DNA from: a plasmid
Strand: one strand, 5' to 3'
Length of the DNA stretch: 64,000 nucleotides
Sequence record: NZ_CP072340.1
Translations under genes and position numbers: made by a program
Shown here: positions 1-9,165 of the stretch, one piece after another
Layout of the letters: each line of letters opens with the position of its first letter
Position numbering within the stretch: position 1 is the stretch's first letter
The notes under the pieces: model-generated
Database searches by the model: none
What the model was told of the DNA's origin: nothing
Seen by the model: the letters and a program-made list of their open reading frames with translations, nothing else

Positions 1-906
1 AAGGAAGAACCGAGCCCTAATTCGTACGACTCTTACTATATTCCTGAAATGAAACAGGCAGGCTGGAAGGGCACGCAATACGCTCCTTACACCGACTATA
101 TCTGTCTGGACGGCTGGCAATACTACCACAACCATCAGGACGCAGGGCTTATTTCGCCAGAGTTGGATATGTCTAAAGATGGTGGAAAGTTTGCTGTTAG
201 CGTTAAATTGGCATCTGCTCCGGTTACCGCAGTCGATAAAGACGGAAAGGAGTTTACAGCTTATCCACAGGCTGCTTTCGCCCTTTTCAACTACAACGAA
301 ACTACTTGCGACTACGAACAGGCAGAGCTTATCTATCCCGAAGGCTATCCAAAGGCTGTTAATGACAACTGGAAGAACTTCACAGTAAACTTTACCAAGG
401 GTTCAAAGAAGTCTATCATAGGTATCTATGCCGTCTATGCTGACGAGCATCTCTATCTCGACGACCTGAAGATTACGCAGAAATATCAGGCTGGTGAAAG
501 CCTCAACGACCCGTTCGTCTTCCGTAGATGGGTGCAAGAACCAAAGGCAGACATCACTATTCCTTACTTTGTTGGCAAGTCGGAGGTTAGTCATCGCGCA
601 ACAGCCTATAAGGTAAACAGCGACAGAAACGTGAAGAAGAGATACGCAGAAAGTAAGTTTAGCGAACTAAAGAAGGTGGGCATACCCGATGGTATCAGCA
701 ATATTGGTCTTTCTAAAGCATTGGTTAAGATGGAAGGCAACAACGTTTGCGTAAGCAACACCAACGGCGAAAGCGTTCAAATCTATACGCTCGATGGACA
801 GCTTGTATATAGCAACAAGGGCGAAAAGGACGTTCGCGCCACTTTGACACAGCACGGTGCTTACATTGTAAAGGTGGGCAGCAAGTCTGTTAAGCTTGTT
901 TTCTAA
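1..906 (+). CDS. secreted protein with a C-terminal T9SS (Por) sorting domain; 5' end probably cut by the window edge
   Basis: The ORF reaches the window start. The C-terminus, VQIYTLDGQLVYSNKGEKDVRATLTQHGAYIVKVGSKSVKLVF, has the typical T9SS CTD pattern. Confidence 0.55.
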   Translation, partial: KEEPSPNSYDSYYIPEMKQAGWKGTQYAPYTDYICLDGWQYYHNHQDAGLISPELDMSKDGGKFAVSVKLASAPVTAVDKDGKEFTAYPQAAFALFNYNETTCDYEQAELIYPEGYPKAVNDNWKNFTVNFTKGSKKSIIGIYAVYADEHLYLDDLKITQKYQAGESLNDPFVFRRWVQEPKADITIPYFVGKSEVSHRATAYKVNSDRNVKKRYAESKFSELKKVGIPDGISNIGLSKALVKMEGNNVCVSNTNGESVQIYTLDGQLVYSNKGEKDVRATLTQHGAYIVKVGSKSVKLVF

Positions 907-1230
907 ACATCATTATTTAGCTATTGGGTGGGTACATCGTTTTCGGTGTGCCCACTTTTTGGTTGTAACACCACCTGAAAGCACGAACAAGATGATACTT
1001 TCGTTTCATTCAGGTTTTCGGAAAGATATTTCCCCAGACGGCGTAAAGGCTATATGAAAAGCATTTTCTTATGTTTTAATGATTTAAATCCATAATAAAT
1101 TATTACATTTGTGGCGTGGAAGGATATGCCCATGTGCGGTTTGGCTATGTCGTAACGACATTAGCAGAGAGTAAGACCACCATAATGGCTTAATCTGAAA
1201 CAACATTCCAAGAAACACCAAAGAAGATTT

Positions 1231-2439
1231 ATGGACTCGTTAAAAGAGATTTTTAGAATAGGAAAAGGACCGTCGAGCAGTCATACGATGGGGCCTTCCC
1301 ATGCAGCAGAGATATTTGCCCGTCGCAATCCCAACGCCAAGGCCTTCGAAGTAACGCTATATGGCAGTCTGGCAGCAACAGGGAAAGGGCACCTTACCGA
1401 TGTGGCTATCAACGAAGTGCTGTCTAAAATAGCTCCAGTAGAAATAATATGGCTGCCGGGAACAGTGCTGCCTTTCCATACAAATGGCATGCGCTACAAG
1501 GCGTTAGATGCCGAAAAACACGTTGAAAACGAATGGGTGGTGTACAGTGTTGGTGGTGGTGCGCTCTCGGAAGGAAAGGGAAAAGACGACATGTTCTATA
1601 CAACGCCGGTCTATGAACTGTCTACCCTGAAAGAAATACAACGGTGGTGCGAAGCCAACGGACGCGGTTTCTGGGAATATGTGGACGAATGCGAGGGAAC
1701 GGAAATATGGGACTATCTGCACGAAGTGTGGGTTACAATGTGCAATGCTGTAGAACGTGGATTGGAAAACGACGGTGTCTTGCCCGGACCATTGAAGCTT
1801 TCGCGTAAGGCGGGAAACTATTATATAAAGGCGTTGAGCTACCGAAGCAGCCTGCAATCGCGTGGATTGGTGTATGCCTACGCACTTGCAGTGAGCGAAG
1901 AGAATGCATCTGGTGGTACCATTGTTACGGCTCCAACCTGCGGTTCGTGTGGTGTCATGCCCGGAGTGCTGTATCATCTGTACAAGGCACACCAGTTCTC
2001 GGAACGCAAAATACTACGTGCGTTGGCAACAGCCGGACTGTTTGGCAACGTTGTAAAAGCCAATGCGTCCATCTCGGGGGCTGAAGTGGGGTGTCAGGGC
2101 GAAGTTGGTGTGGCTTGCGCCATGGCATCTGCAGCTGCCTGCCAACTATTTGGTGGGACGCCGTCGCAGATTGAATATGCAGCCGAAATGGGGCTGGAAC
2201 ACCACTTGGGAATGACCTGCGACCCTGTTTGCGGATTAGTTCAGATACCTTGTATAGAGCGGAATGCTTTTGCTGCATGCCGTGCTCTCGATGCACAACT
2301 ATATGCTAACTTTAGCGATGGGCGTCATCGTGTTTCGTTCGACAAGGTGGTTGAGGTGATGAAACAAACGGGACACGACCTTCCTTCGCTCTATAAGGAA
2401 ACCAGCGAAGGTGGTCTGGCGCAAGATTTTGAATGGTAA
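1231..2439 (+). CDS. sdaA: L-serine dehydratase, iron-sulfur-dependent, single chain
   Basis: The N-terminus FRIGKGPSSSHTMGP and the Cys-containing C-terminal half (CGSCGV..., CDPVCGLVQIPCIERN) are the SdaA hallmarks. Length is 402 aa. Confidence 0.9.
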   Translation: MDSLKEIFRIGKGPSSSHTMGPSHAAEIFARRNPNAKAFEVTLYGSLAATGKGHLTDVAINEVLSKIAPVEIIWLPGTVLPFHTNGMRYKALDAEKHVENEWVVYSVGGGALSEGKGKDDMFYTTPVYELSTLKEIQRWCEANGRGFWEYVDECEGTEIWDYLHEVWVTMCNAVERGLENDGVLPGPLKLSRKAGNYYIKALSYRSSLQSRGLVYAYALAVSEENASGGTIVTAPTCGSCGVMPGVLYHLYKAHQFSERKILRALATAGLFGNVVKANASISGAEVGCQGEVGVACAMASAAACQLFGGTPSQIEYAAEMGLEHHLGMTCDPVCGLVQIPCIERNAFAACRALDAQLYANFSDGRHRVSFDKVVEVMKQTGHDLPSLYKETSEGGLAQDFEW

Positions 2440-2734
2440 AGCTTTACAGAAACCCATAGGAATATCAGGAGAACTATGGCTTTTAGCTCTCTAAAGACTT
2501 GCCGTAAGGAAGGCGACAAATCCTATTGTCCATGTTAAGTTCATACGTTAAATCTTCCGCTATTGTCCTTATTTGTTCTTTTAGGAAGAAAATTCCTTCA
2601 TCTTGACAATGCGTCAATAAGCCAATTGCTCATTGCGCAGAGTAGAAAGACACCATAATAAGTTACGTTGGATCGTAACTATATTGTGCAGAATGTTCAC
2701 ATAGGCACTTTGCTACTTGCATTTTGTGGTTTGT

Positions 2735-3163
2735 TTAGTTTCTCAAAAACCTCTTCACCTTGTTGTAATACTGTTGCGTTTTGCTCTTGCTGAAGTTTAT
2801 TCCGCCATGCCACATGCGAATGGCTCGCTCCGTATTGTTTGCCTTGTTGTATTTTGACTGGAACAGAACAAACATCTCTCTCGATTTCTCTGGACTGAAA
2901 CGGTCTGCCATGGTGTAGCGTTTTTTGCTGCCTTTTGCCTTTAGAATATTGTTGCATTCTGCCACAACGTGGTGCGAAATTTGCAATATTCCTGCGTGCG
3001 GACCGTTTTTTGCTTTTGCATTTCCTTTACTTTCTACCTGTGTAATGGCGTCCATCACGGGTCGCCAATTGAAATTTTTAATCTTTGCGGCAGTCTCTGC
3101 GCTTGCAGAGTTCGATGCCAATGCCATTAAAATTCCTACTGTCAGTACTCTAATAATTCTCAT
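2735..3163 (-). CDS. secreted lysozyme-like / SLT-domain (lytic transglycosylase-like) protein
   Basis: Signal peptide MRIIRVLTVGILMALASNSASA. The motif ITQVESKGNAKA...GILQIS resembles the E-S...G-L-Q catalytic motif of family-1 lytic transglycosylases. The ORF track extends the start to 3244, but the signal peptide sits at the internal Met (3163). Confidence 0.5.
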   Translation of the reverse strand: MRIIRVLTVGILMALASNSASAETAAKIKNFNWRPVMDAITQVESKGNAKAKNGPHAGILQISHHVVAECNNILKAKGSKKRYTMADRFSPEKSREMFVLFQSKYNKANNTERAIRMWHGGINFSKSKTQQYYNKVKRFLRN

Positions 3164-3271
3164 TACATAAAATTTTCCGAAGCCTATAAACTTGCCACAA
3201 AGTGGGCAAGCTATACGGAATGGTGCACATGAGAATTGGTGCACATATCCCTCAACTCCATATTAACGCTT

Positions 3272-3279
3272 GCAAAGGT
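3272..3279 (-). promoter_or_regulatory. Bacteroidetes -7 promoter element (TACCTTTG on the minus strand) for the SLT-like gene
   Basis: Reverse complement of caaaggta. It is part of a 16-bp sequence repeated in inverted orientation at 3464-3479. Confidence 0.5.
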
Positions 3280-3465
3280 ACGAAAATATGTGCTGATAAT
3301 CAAATCGTTAAGTATAACTTAACAAATCTATACATGAACGCTGCCACTTTATAACTTTTGTTTAAAAAACTTAATACGCTTGTTCGGTTGGTCAGTAGCC
3401 ACACTCGCAGCCTGCCGAATACTTATTTTGTAGCGCATAAATTTTGCCAATTAAGAACTTTACAG

Positions 3466-3473
3466 TACCTTTG
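3466..3473 (+). promoter_or_regulatory. Bacteroidetes -7 promoter element TACCTTTG upstream of tRNA-Arg
   Basis: Matches TAnnTTTG. A TTTG lies about 20 bp upstream (3443-3446), in the -33 position. The tRNA starts about 40 nt downstream. Confidence 0.55.
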
Positions 3474-3511
3474 CAAGCGTTCTGCATACCAATGCAGGTA
3501 GCTGGAACAAT

Positions 3512-3588
3512 GGCTCCGTAGCTTAGCTGAATAGAGCGTAGGATTCCGGTTCCTAAGGTCATGGGTTTGAATCCCATCGGAGTCACCA
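3512..3588 (+). tRNA. tRNA-Arg (anticodon CCG)
   Basis: Hand-folded cloverleaf: acceptor GGCTCCG/CGGAGTC, D stem GCTT/GAGC, anticodon stem TAGGA/TCCTA with loop TTCCGGT (CCG), T arm ATGGG-TTTGAAT-CCCAT, discriminator A, and CCA encoded. Confidence 0.85.
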
Positions 3589-3589
3589 A

Positions 3590-3622
3590 AGAGAAGATAC
3601 AAACGGTATCTTCTCTTTATTG
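3590..3622 (+). terminator. rho-independent terminator after tRNA-Arg
   Basis: Hairpin gagaagatac-aaacg-gtatcttctc followed by ttt. Confidence 0.6.
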
Positions 3623-3828
3623 TAAAATAATGTTTGTGAAGATTATCAACGAGTTACAGACGTATATTAAATAAAAACAAAAATGCGTCTCTCTGTGTGG
3701 CCATTCCCTAATTTTGTTCCTTTCATTCTATCAATCCTGAACTTCCAATCAAGCAACTTTCCTCACCAATCGTACATCTTTTCCGCTGCGTGTAATGTGT
3801 TGTGGCACACCTCTCAAGCTGAGTACGA

Positions 3829-3893
3829 AGTTTTAGATATCAGTCACGTTCGTTTTAGATATCAGTAATGATAGTTTTAGATATCTAAAACTT
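3829..3893. repeat. array of three GATATC-centred boxes (TTTTAGATATC...) at exact 22-bp spacing; locus A
   Basis: GATATC at 3836, 3858 and 3880. The third box is the perfect palindrome gttttagatatctaaaac. The 30-mer ttagatatcagtcacgttcgttttagatatc recurs at 59403-59434. Confidence 0.7.
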
Positions 3894-4226
3894 TTCTATC
3901 TCTTATGTGTGGTCAATAAATTAAGTGATGCTCATAATCAATTATCAATATATTTAAGCCAATCTTTCAGCCAGTCTGCCATCTCAAGGAAGGAGCATAG
4001 CAGGCTACACGACTGATGATAGATGGCGGAATGACGAAAGGAGGGAGTTCTTTGTTGTAGTGCAGTACGCTTTGCAGTAGTTTTGTGTACCGGTCCTGTC
4101 CATGTGTTTAAACTACTGCATTAAGTAGGGGAGTAGTTTGCATTTATCCGCAACTCGCTGCCGAACCGTTCTGTTTTATCATTGACAGTAATGCAATAAT
4201 CTTTGTGAGCTGCCGTTATTCATAGT

Positions 4227-6614
4227 ATGAATAAAGCAAAACTTCTATCCATTGCGCTGTTGTTCGTGTGTCTGCTCTATGCTGGTAATGCTATGGCACA
4301 GTCGTTTACGTTGCAAGGAAAGGTGTCCGACCAGGACGGAAATCCCATTGAGCTGGCATCAGTCATTGTGGCTTCACAAGGAAAAATGGCGATGTGTAAC
4401 CTCAAGGGCGAGTTCAGCATGCAGTTGCAGAGCGAAGATTCGGTGAAGATTCGCTTCTCCATGATTGGCTATAAGAGCAAAACCAGAGTGCTGCATCGCC
4501 CGCAAGGCAAGCAGACGCTGCAAGTCCAGCTGACCAGCGATAACCAATTGCAGGAGGTTATAGTAGAGGCGCAAACACCGCAGCATGGTACTACCGAGAA
4601 CATAAAGGTGGAAGCAACCAAGCGAAACCCCTCCGTCTCGGGCAATGCCGTAGAGGAAATATTGCAGACACAGGCCGGAGTGTCCACCCATTCCGAGCTT
4701 TCGTCGCAGTATAACGTGCGCGGTGGAACGTTCGACGAGAACTCTGTATATATAAATAATGTGGAAGTGTATCGTCCTTTCTTAGTCCGCAGCGGACAGC
4801 AGGAGGGGCTTTCGGTGATAAATGCCGACCTTGTGGACCGCGTCGGGTTCTCTACGGGAGGCTTCGAGGCCAAGTATGGCGACAAGATGAGCTCGGCTTT
4901 GGACATCACCTACAAGCGTCCGAAGCGCACCGAAGGTTCCTTTACGGCATCGATGCTGGGCGCAAGCGGATACTTCGGACTGGCATCGAAGAAGCTTACG
5001 TGGACGAACGGACTGCGATACAAGACCAACCGATACCTGTTAGGATCGCTGGAAACAAAGGGAGAGTACAATCCATCGTTCTTGGACTACCAGACTTACC
5101 TTTCATGGCAACCGTCCAAACGGTGGCAGGTAGACTTCATCGGCAACATTTCGGAGAACAATTACAACTTCGAACCCGAGGACCGAACAACCAATTTCGG
5201 TACGCTGAAGAACGTAAAGTCGTTTAAAGTCTACTTCGATGGCAAGGAAAAAGACCTCTTCCGCACCTTCTTCGGCTCGCTAAGCGTTACGCGGCATCTC
5301 TCAAAGCGTACCGATGTGTCGCTGATAGCATCAGCCTTCTCCACCAAAGAGCAGCAACGATACGACATACAGGGGCAATATTGGCTCACACAGACCGAGA
5401 CTTCGGAGAATTTAGGAGTGGGAACATACATGCAACACTCGCGCGACTACCTTAAAGCAGACGTGAAAAGCCTGAAGTTAATGCTGTTGCAGCGTGCAGG
5501 AACGCACAGAATAGAAGGCGCTTTCACCTATAAGATGGAGAAAATCAAGGAAAACTCGGCAGAATACGAGTATCGCGACTCGGCAGGATACAACATTCCG
5601 CACAACGGCGAAACTCTCGACATGATCTATTCGCTGCGGGCTCGCAACACATTGGACGCCAAACGCATGGAAGTCTACGTGCAAGACACATGGAACTTTA
5701 AGAGCAACGACTCCATACCAACCCTCTTTCGGCTGAACTATGGTGTGCGTTACGCCTACTGGAACTTTAACGGAGAGAGCATTGTTTCGCCACGTGCATC
5801 GCTCAATATCACCCCCGGCTGGAACCGAAACCTGTCGTTCCGTGTGGCAGCAGGTCTCTATTACCAGGCACCGTTCTATAAAGAGCTGCGCGATACCACC
5901 ATGATTAACGGCGTAACCTACGCCCTGCTGAACAAGAAAACGCGTTCTCAGCGGTCCATACACGCATTGGCATCGATGAGTTACCGCTTCACAATGCTGA
6001 ACAGACCCTTCAAATTCACTGCCGAAGCCTACTACAAAGCCATCTCGCGCCTTGTTCCTTACTCGGTAGACAACGTAAAAGTAACCTATTTTGGCGACAA
6101 ACAGACTTCCGGACACGCCACTGGGCTCGACCTAAAGCTATTCGGAGAGTTTGTGCCGGGGGCAGATTCGTGGCTCACGCTCAGTGTCATGAACACTGCA
6201 ATGAAGCTGAATGGCAAGAACGTACCCCTGCCAACCGACCAGCGTTTTGCCCTGAACCTTTTCTTTACCGACTATTTCCCCGGCTCAACACGCTGGCGAA
6301 TGTCGCTGAAACTGGCGTATGCAGACGGTCTCCCGTTCTCTGCACCCCACCAGGAACTAAGCAACAACTCTTTCAGAGCACCTGCCTACAAGCGTGCCGA
6401 CATAGGAATGAGCTATCGTCTGTTCGACAATCAGGACGGTTCGCGCCACTCCATCTTCCGCAACGTGTGGCTGGGAGTAGACTGTCTGAACCTTTTCGGC
6501 ATCAGCAACGTAAACTCTTACTACTGGATAACGGATATTTCAGGACAGCAATACGCCGTGCCTAACTATCTTACAGGCCGACAAATCAATGCGAAACTGT
6601 CGGTAGAATTCTAA
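4227..6614 (+). CDS. TonB-dependent outer-membrane receptor with an N-terminal carboxypeptidase-regulatory-like domain
   Basis: Signal peptide. A CarbopepD_reg-like segment (FTLQGKVSDQDGNPIELASVIVASQGK) is followed by plug-like and beta-barrel sequence. Length is 795 aa. Confidence 0.8.
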   Translation: MNKAKLLSIALLFVCLLYAGNAMAQSFTLQGKVSDQDGNPIELASVIVASQGKMAMCNLKGEFSMQLQSEDSVKIRFSMIGYKSKTRVLHRPQGKQTLQVQLTSDNQLQEVIVEAQTPQHGTTENIKVEATKRNPSVSGNAVEEILQTQAGVSTHSELSSQYNVRGGTFDENSVYINNVEVYRPFLVRSGQQEGLSVINADLVDRVGFSTGGFEAKYGDKMSSALDITYKRPKRTEGSFTASMLGASGYFGLASKKLTWTNGLRYKTNRYLLGSLETKGEYNPSFLDYQTYLSWQPSKRWQVDFIGNISENNYNFEPEDRTTNFGTLKNVKSFKVYFDGKEKDLFRTFFGSLSVTRHLSKRTDVSLIASAFSTKEQQRYDIQGQYWLTQTETSENLGVGTYMQHSRDYLKADVKSLKLMLLQRAGTHRIEGAFTYKMEKIKENSAEYEYRDSAGYNIPHNGETLDMIYSLRARNTLDAKRMEVYVQDTWNFKSNDSIPTLFRLNYGVRYAYWNFNGESIVSPRASLNITPGWNRNLSFRVAAGLYYQAPFYKELRDTTMINGVTYALLNKKTRSQRSIHALASMSYRFTMLNRPFKFTAEAYYKAISRLVPYSVDNVKVTYFGDKQTSGHATGLDLKLFGEFVPGADSWLTLSVMNTAMKLNGKNVPLPTDQRFALNLFFTDYFPGSTRWRMSLKLAYADGLPFSAPHQELSNNSFRAPAYKRADIGMSYRLFDNQDGSRHSIFRNVWLGVDCLNLFGISNVNSYYWITDISGQQYAVPNYLTGRQINAKLSVEF

Positions 6615-6677
6615 GGAAGCGAGGAAAACAATAACACAATTTAACGGATTTAGTTTGTAAGAATTACATAAAAACAT

Positions 6678-6685
6678 TATCTTTG
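6678..6685 (+). promoter_or_regulatory. -7 promoter element TATCTTTG for rubredoxin
   Basis: TAnnTTTG match 38 bp upstream of the ATG at 6723. Confidence 0.45.
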
Positions 6686-6722
6686 CAGCGTTAATAGCAA
6701 ATAAAGATAAAGACAAAACATT

Positions 6723-6887
6723 ATGAAGAAATATGAATGTAATACCTGCGGGTACATTTACGACCCTGCAGTAGGCGATCCAGATGGTGGCATAGAGCCA
6801 GGCACAGCTTTCGAAGATATCCCAGACGATTGGGTTTGCCCACTTTGTGGAGTATCAAAAGACGATTTTTCAGTTGTCGAGGAATAA
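6723..6887 (+). CDS. rubredoxin (54 aa)
   Basis: Translates to [54 protein letters not shown]. The CxxCG...CPxCG pairs are the classical rubredoxin signature. It is absent from the ORF track because it is under 60 aa. Confidence 0.9.
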   Translation: MKKYECNTCGYIYDPAVGDPDGGIEPGTAFEDIPDDWVCPLCGVSKDDFSVVEE

Positions 6888-6916
6888 TTCATTGATTAAA
6901 ATATTTACAAAACGTT

Positions 6917-6958
6917 GAGGGGTATGTAGCTTTTTTGCTATATGCCCCTCTTCCTTTT
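6917..6958 (+). terminator. rho-independent terminator after rubredoxin
   Basis: gagggg-tatgtagcttttttgctatatg-cccctc followed by ttcctttt. Confidence 0.6.
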
Positions 6959-7100
6959 GTCTGCCAATAAAGTTGTACGCACCATGCAGGGTTGCCATTG
7001 CGCCTCGTCCTTGTCAGGCATATTTCTCACAAAGTTTACCAATATTCCTTACGTTTACTGCTTGTATGGCATTGCCACGTTGCTTGTTCAATATTCCGGA

Positions 7101-7180
7101 ACAGGCTCTTTTATCATGCAAAACAGTGGGTTTTGCACTGTAAAACAGGCTCTTTTGCCCCACAAAACAGTGGGTTTTGT
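7101..7180. repeat. two tandem degenerate copies of the dispersed hairpin-repeat family (AACAGGCTCTTTT ... CAAAACAGTGGGTTTTG)
   Basis: aacaggctctttt at 7101 and 7143; caaaacagtgggttttg at 7119 and 7163. Lies between convergent genes. The ORF-track ORFs here (6942..7289, 6992..7327) are judged spurious. Confidence 0.6.
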
Positions 7181-7266
7181 ATTATGCTGGCATACAGATT
7201 ATTACACAACGAAATTCTTTGCCCGTACCATTTGCCAATCTATGGTTTTTCGAAGGTTGGCAAATT

Positions 7267-8613
7267 TCACTCCGTTTGTCTGTCTATAAGTTCTTTGATG
7301 TTGATGGTTTTCAGCTCTTTCAGGTAGGTTGCGTGAATGTTTTTCACCTTTTTGTATATGTCTTTCTCCCACACATGCTCTGGCAACTGACTGGTCAAGG
7401 CAGGTTTCAGGCTGGGTACTGACTCCATGCGAGCCGCCAATTCGCCCACGGTCATGTCGTTGGTGTCGTGCGTAGGCGTATAAGTTACTTCATCGCTGGT
7501 TGGCAAATGGTTCTCGGCAACCAGTCCTATGTCTTTCAATCGGTCTAATATTGCCAATGTAACACGTATTGGAATGCCTGTTTCTGTCTCCAATTCTAAT
7601 GCTGTATAAGGTTTCTCATCGTGCGAAAACCGTTGACAGATGTAGCATAGCACAGTTGCACTCATTGCAAGAAAGTCGTTATAGCAAACGTCTTTCATCT
7701 CTATCATACATTCGTAGTAGTCCAAATTCTGGTTGGTATAGCAGAGTTCGGCACAGAAAAGGCAGATATACCACGACATAAGCATCCACAACATAAACAA
7801 AGGCAGGGCTGCAAACGAACCGTAGATGGCATTATAGCTTGTAAGAAACACCTGTCCGTGAATGTAAAGTCCCTGTAAGGCAAGCATTGACAAGCTGGCA
7901 AGTACGGAGGGACCTATCGTTTTGGAGAGCTGAACCTTTGCGTTGGGCATGAAGACATAGAGCACAATAAACATAAAAGTAAGTATTGCCCACGGCAAAA
8001 GATAGCGGAGCGAGAAGCGGGCAATGTTTCCCAGAAGTGCAAAACTGCTAAGATTTTCTACGAAACCATAAAGATAGATGCTCAGTCCAGACATTATGAT
8101 GATGCTGATTGGCACCAGAAACATCATTGCGGTGTAGTCTATGAGCACCCGACTGATGGGTCTTGTGCCCTTAACCTGCCATATACTGTCGAAAACGCGC
8201 TCTACAGTGTTTATCAAAGAGAACACACTGTAAAGCATAATCAGCAGTCCGATGCCGATAAAAATGCCTGTTTTGGCATGCGTAAGATAAGAATGTGTAA
8301 GTGTTAACAGCCAGTTTGCCACTTCGGGTTGTGCCGAAAACATTTCTCGAAACTGGGTTTCTATGAACTTGCCGAAACCAAAACCGTTGGCAACAGCAAA
8401 TATCAAGGCTGCTATGGGCACTATTGCCATAATGGTAGAGAACGACAGCTGAGCTGCAAAAGTTACGTGTTCGCGCTCTATAAAGAACTTTATTGTAAGG
8501 TAAAACTTCTGCAACAGTCTAATAGCAATACCTTTACGTTTAGACTTATACTCTGTTTTTTGCCACATTTCTGTGGTAAAAAAGTTCTTTATTTTGGTTA
8601 TATCCATCTTCAT
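7267..8613 (-). CDS. YihY/BrkB-family inner-membrane protein
   Basis: Polytopic membrane core with the YihY-type pattern FAAQLSFSTIMAIVPIAALIFAV..., plus a hydrophilic C-terminal extension. Start set at MKMDITK rather than the longer ORF-track start. Confidence 0.7.
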   Translation of the reverse strand: MKMDITKIKNFFTTEMWQKTEYKSKRKGIAIRLLQKFYLTIKFFIEREHVTFAAQLSFSTIMAIVPIAALIFAVANGFGFGKFIETQFREMFSAQPEVANWLLTLTHSYLTHAKTGIFIGIGLLIMLYSVFSLINTVERVFDSIWQVKGTRPISRVLIDYTAMMFLVPISIIIMSGLSIYLYGFVENLSSFALLGNIARFSLRYLLPWAILTFMFIVLYVFMPNAKVQLSKTIGPSVLASLSMLALQGLYIHGQVFLTSYNAIYGSFAALPLFMLWMLMSWYICLFCAELCYTNQNLDYYECMIEMKDVCYNDFLAMSATVLCYICQRFSHDEKPYTALELETETGIPIRVTLAILDRLKDIGLVAENHLPTSDEVTYTPTHDTNDMTVGELAARMESVPSLKPALTSQLPEHVWEKDIYKKVKNIHATYLKELKTINIKELIDRQTE

Positions 8614-8684
8614 TCTCGTTCCTTTTTTGTTTCTCAAAGGGTGTGTCTTCTTTACAAAAGGGCAAAGAACACAGTGCAAACTTA

Positions 8685-8726
8685 ATAAAAAAAGGTGAAA
8701 TCAACAACGATTTCACCTTTTTATAT
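8685..8726. terminator. bidirectional hairpin terminator (A-run / hairpin / T-run)
   Basis: aaaaaaaggtgaaatc-aacaacg-atttcaccttttt. Probably ends the small-peptide operon on the minus strand. Confidence 0.55.
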
Positions 8727-8811
8727 CTATGTATGTTGCAACTTGCCGATAGGGTTTCAGTAAGTTGTTGTATGCCATTTGCCTTAAAGATAGCAGCGAA
8801 TTGGCATGGAT

Positions 8812-8901
8812 TCAGCGGTTCTTTTTGTCTTGATACATAAAGTAAAGACGTCCAATTACTGCGCCCACAAAGAGCAAAATCGCTACTGCTAATGTTCCCA
8901 T
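8812..8901 (-). CDS. small single-TM peptide, 29 aa (MGTLAVAILLFVGAVIGRLYFMYQDKKNR)
   Basis: Hand translation of the minus strand, ATG at 8901-8899 and TGA at 8814-8812. ggagaatagt precedes the ATG. Paralog of the next two peptides. Confidence 0.55.
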   Translation of the reverse strand: MGTLAVAILLFVGAVIGRLYFMYQDKKNR

Positions 8902-8924
8902 ACTATTCTCCTAACTTCTAATTA

Positions 8925-9032
8925 CTATCCTTTTCCGTTAGATTTACGGTTCTTTTTGTCTTGATACATAAAGTAAAGACCTCCAATTGTTGCTATTAAC
9001 GAAACTAAAATCGATGCTACTATTGCTCCCAT
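8925..9032 (-). CDS. small single-TM peptide, 35 aa (MGAIVASILVSLIATIGGLYFMYQDKKNRKSNGKG)
   Basis: Hand translation, ATG at 9032-9030. Same hydrophobic-core plus YQDKKNR tail architecture. Confidence 0.55.
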   Translation of the reverse strand: MGAIVASILVSLIATIGGLYFMYQDKKNRKSNGKG

Positions 9033-9068
9033 ACTATTCTCCTAACTTCTAATTACTATCCTTTTCCG

Positions 9069-9164
9069 TTAGGATTTACGGTTCTTTCTGTCTTGATATA
9101 TAAAGTAAAGACCACTAATTGTTGCTAATAACGAAACAAAAATCGATACTATTACTGCGCCCAT
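9069..9164 (-). CDS. small single-TM peptide, 31 aa (MGAVIVSIFVSLLATISGLYFIYQDRKNRKS)
   Basis: Hand translation, ATG at 9164-9162, two nt after the stop of the upstream 63-aa ORF. Confidence 0.55.
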   Translation of the reverse strand: MGAVIVSIFVSLLATISGLYFIYQDRKNRKS

Positions 9165-9165
9165 A

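Noticed and set aside
1281-2296. Antisense ORFs inside sdaA (1281..1490, 1504..1992, 1955..2296 on the minus strand)
   Set aside because: They lie wholly inside a well-supported conserved gene on the opposite strand, and their translations are low-complexity and Arg/Cys-rich.
3830-3893. CRISPR-like repeats beginning GTTTTAGA...
   Set aside because: Only three copies, units of about 22 bp with no spacer-sized unique sequence, and no cas genes. They are better explained as phased palindromic protein-binding boxes.
6942-7327. Overlapping plus-strand ORFs (115 and 111 aa) between rubredoxin and yihY
   Set aside because: They are generated by the hairpin-repeat units, and their translations are repetitive (KTGSF, QNSGFC twice). 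They are not coding.
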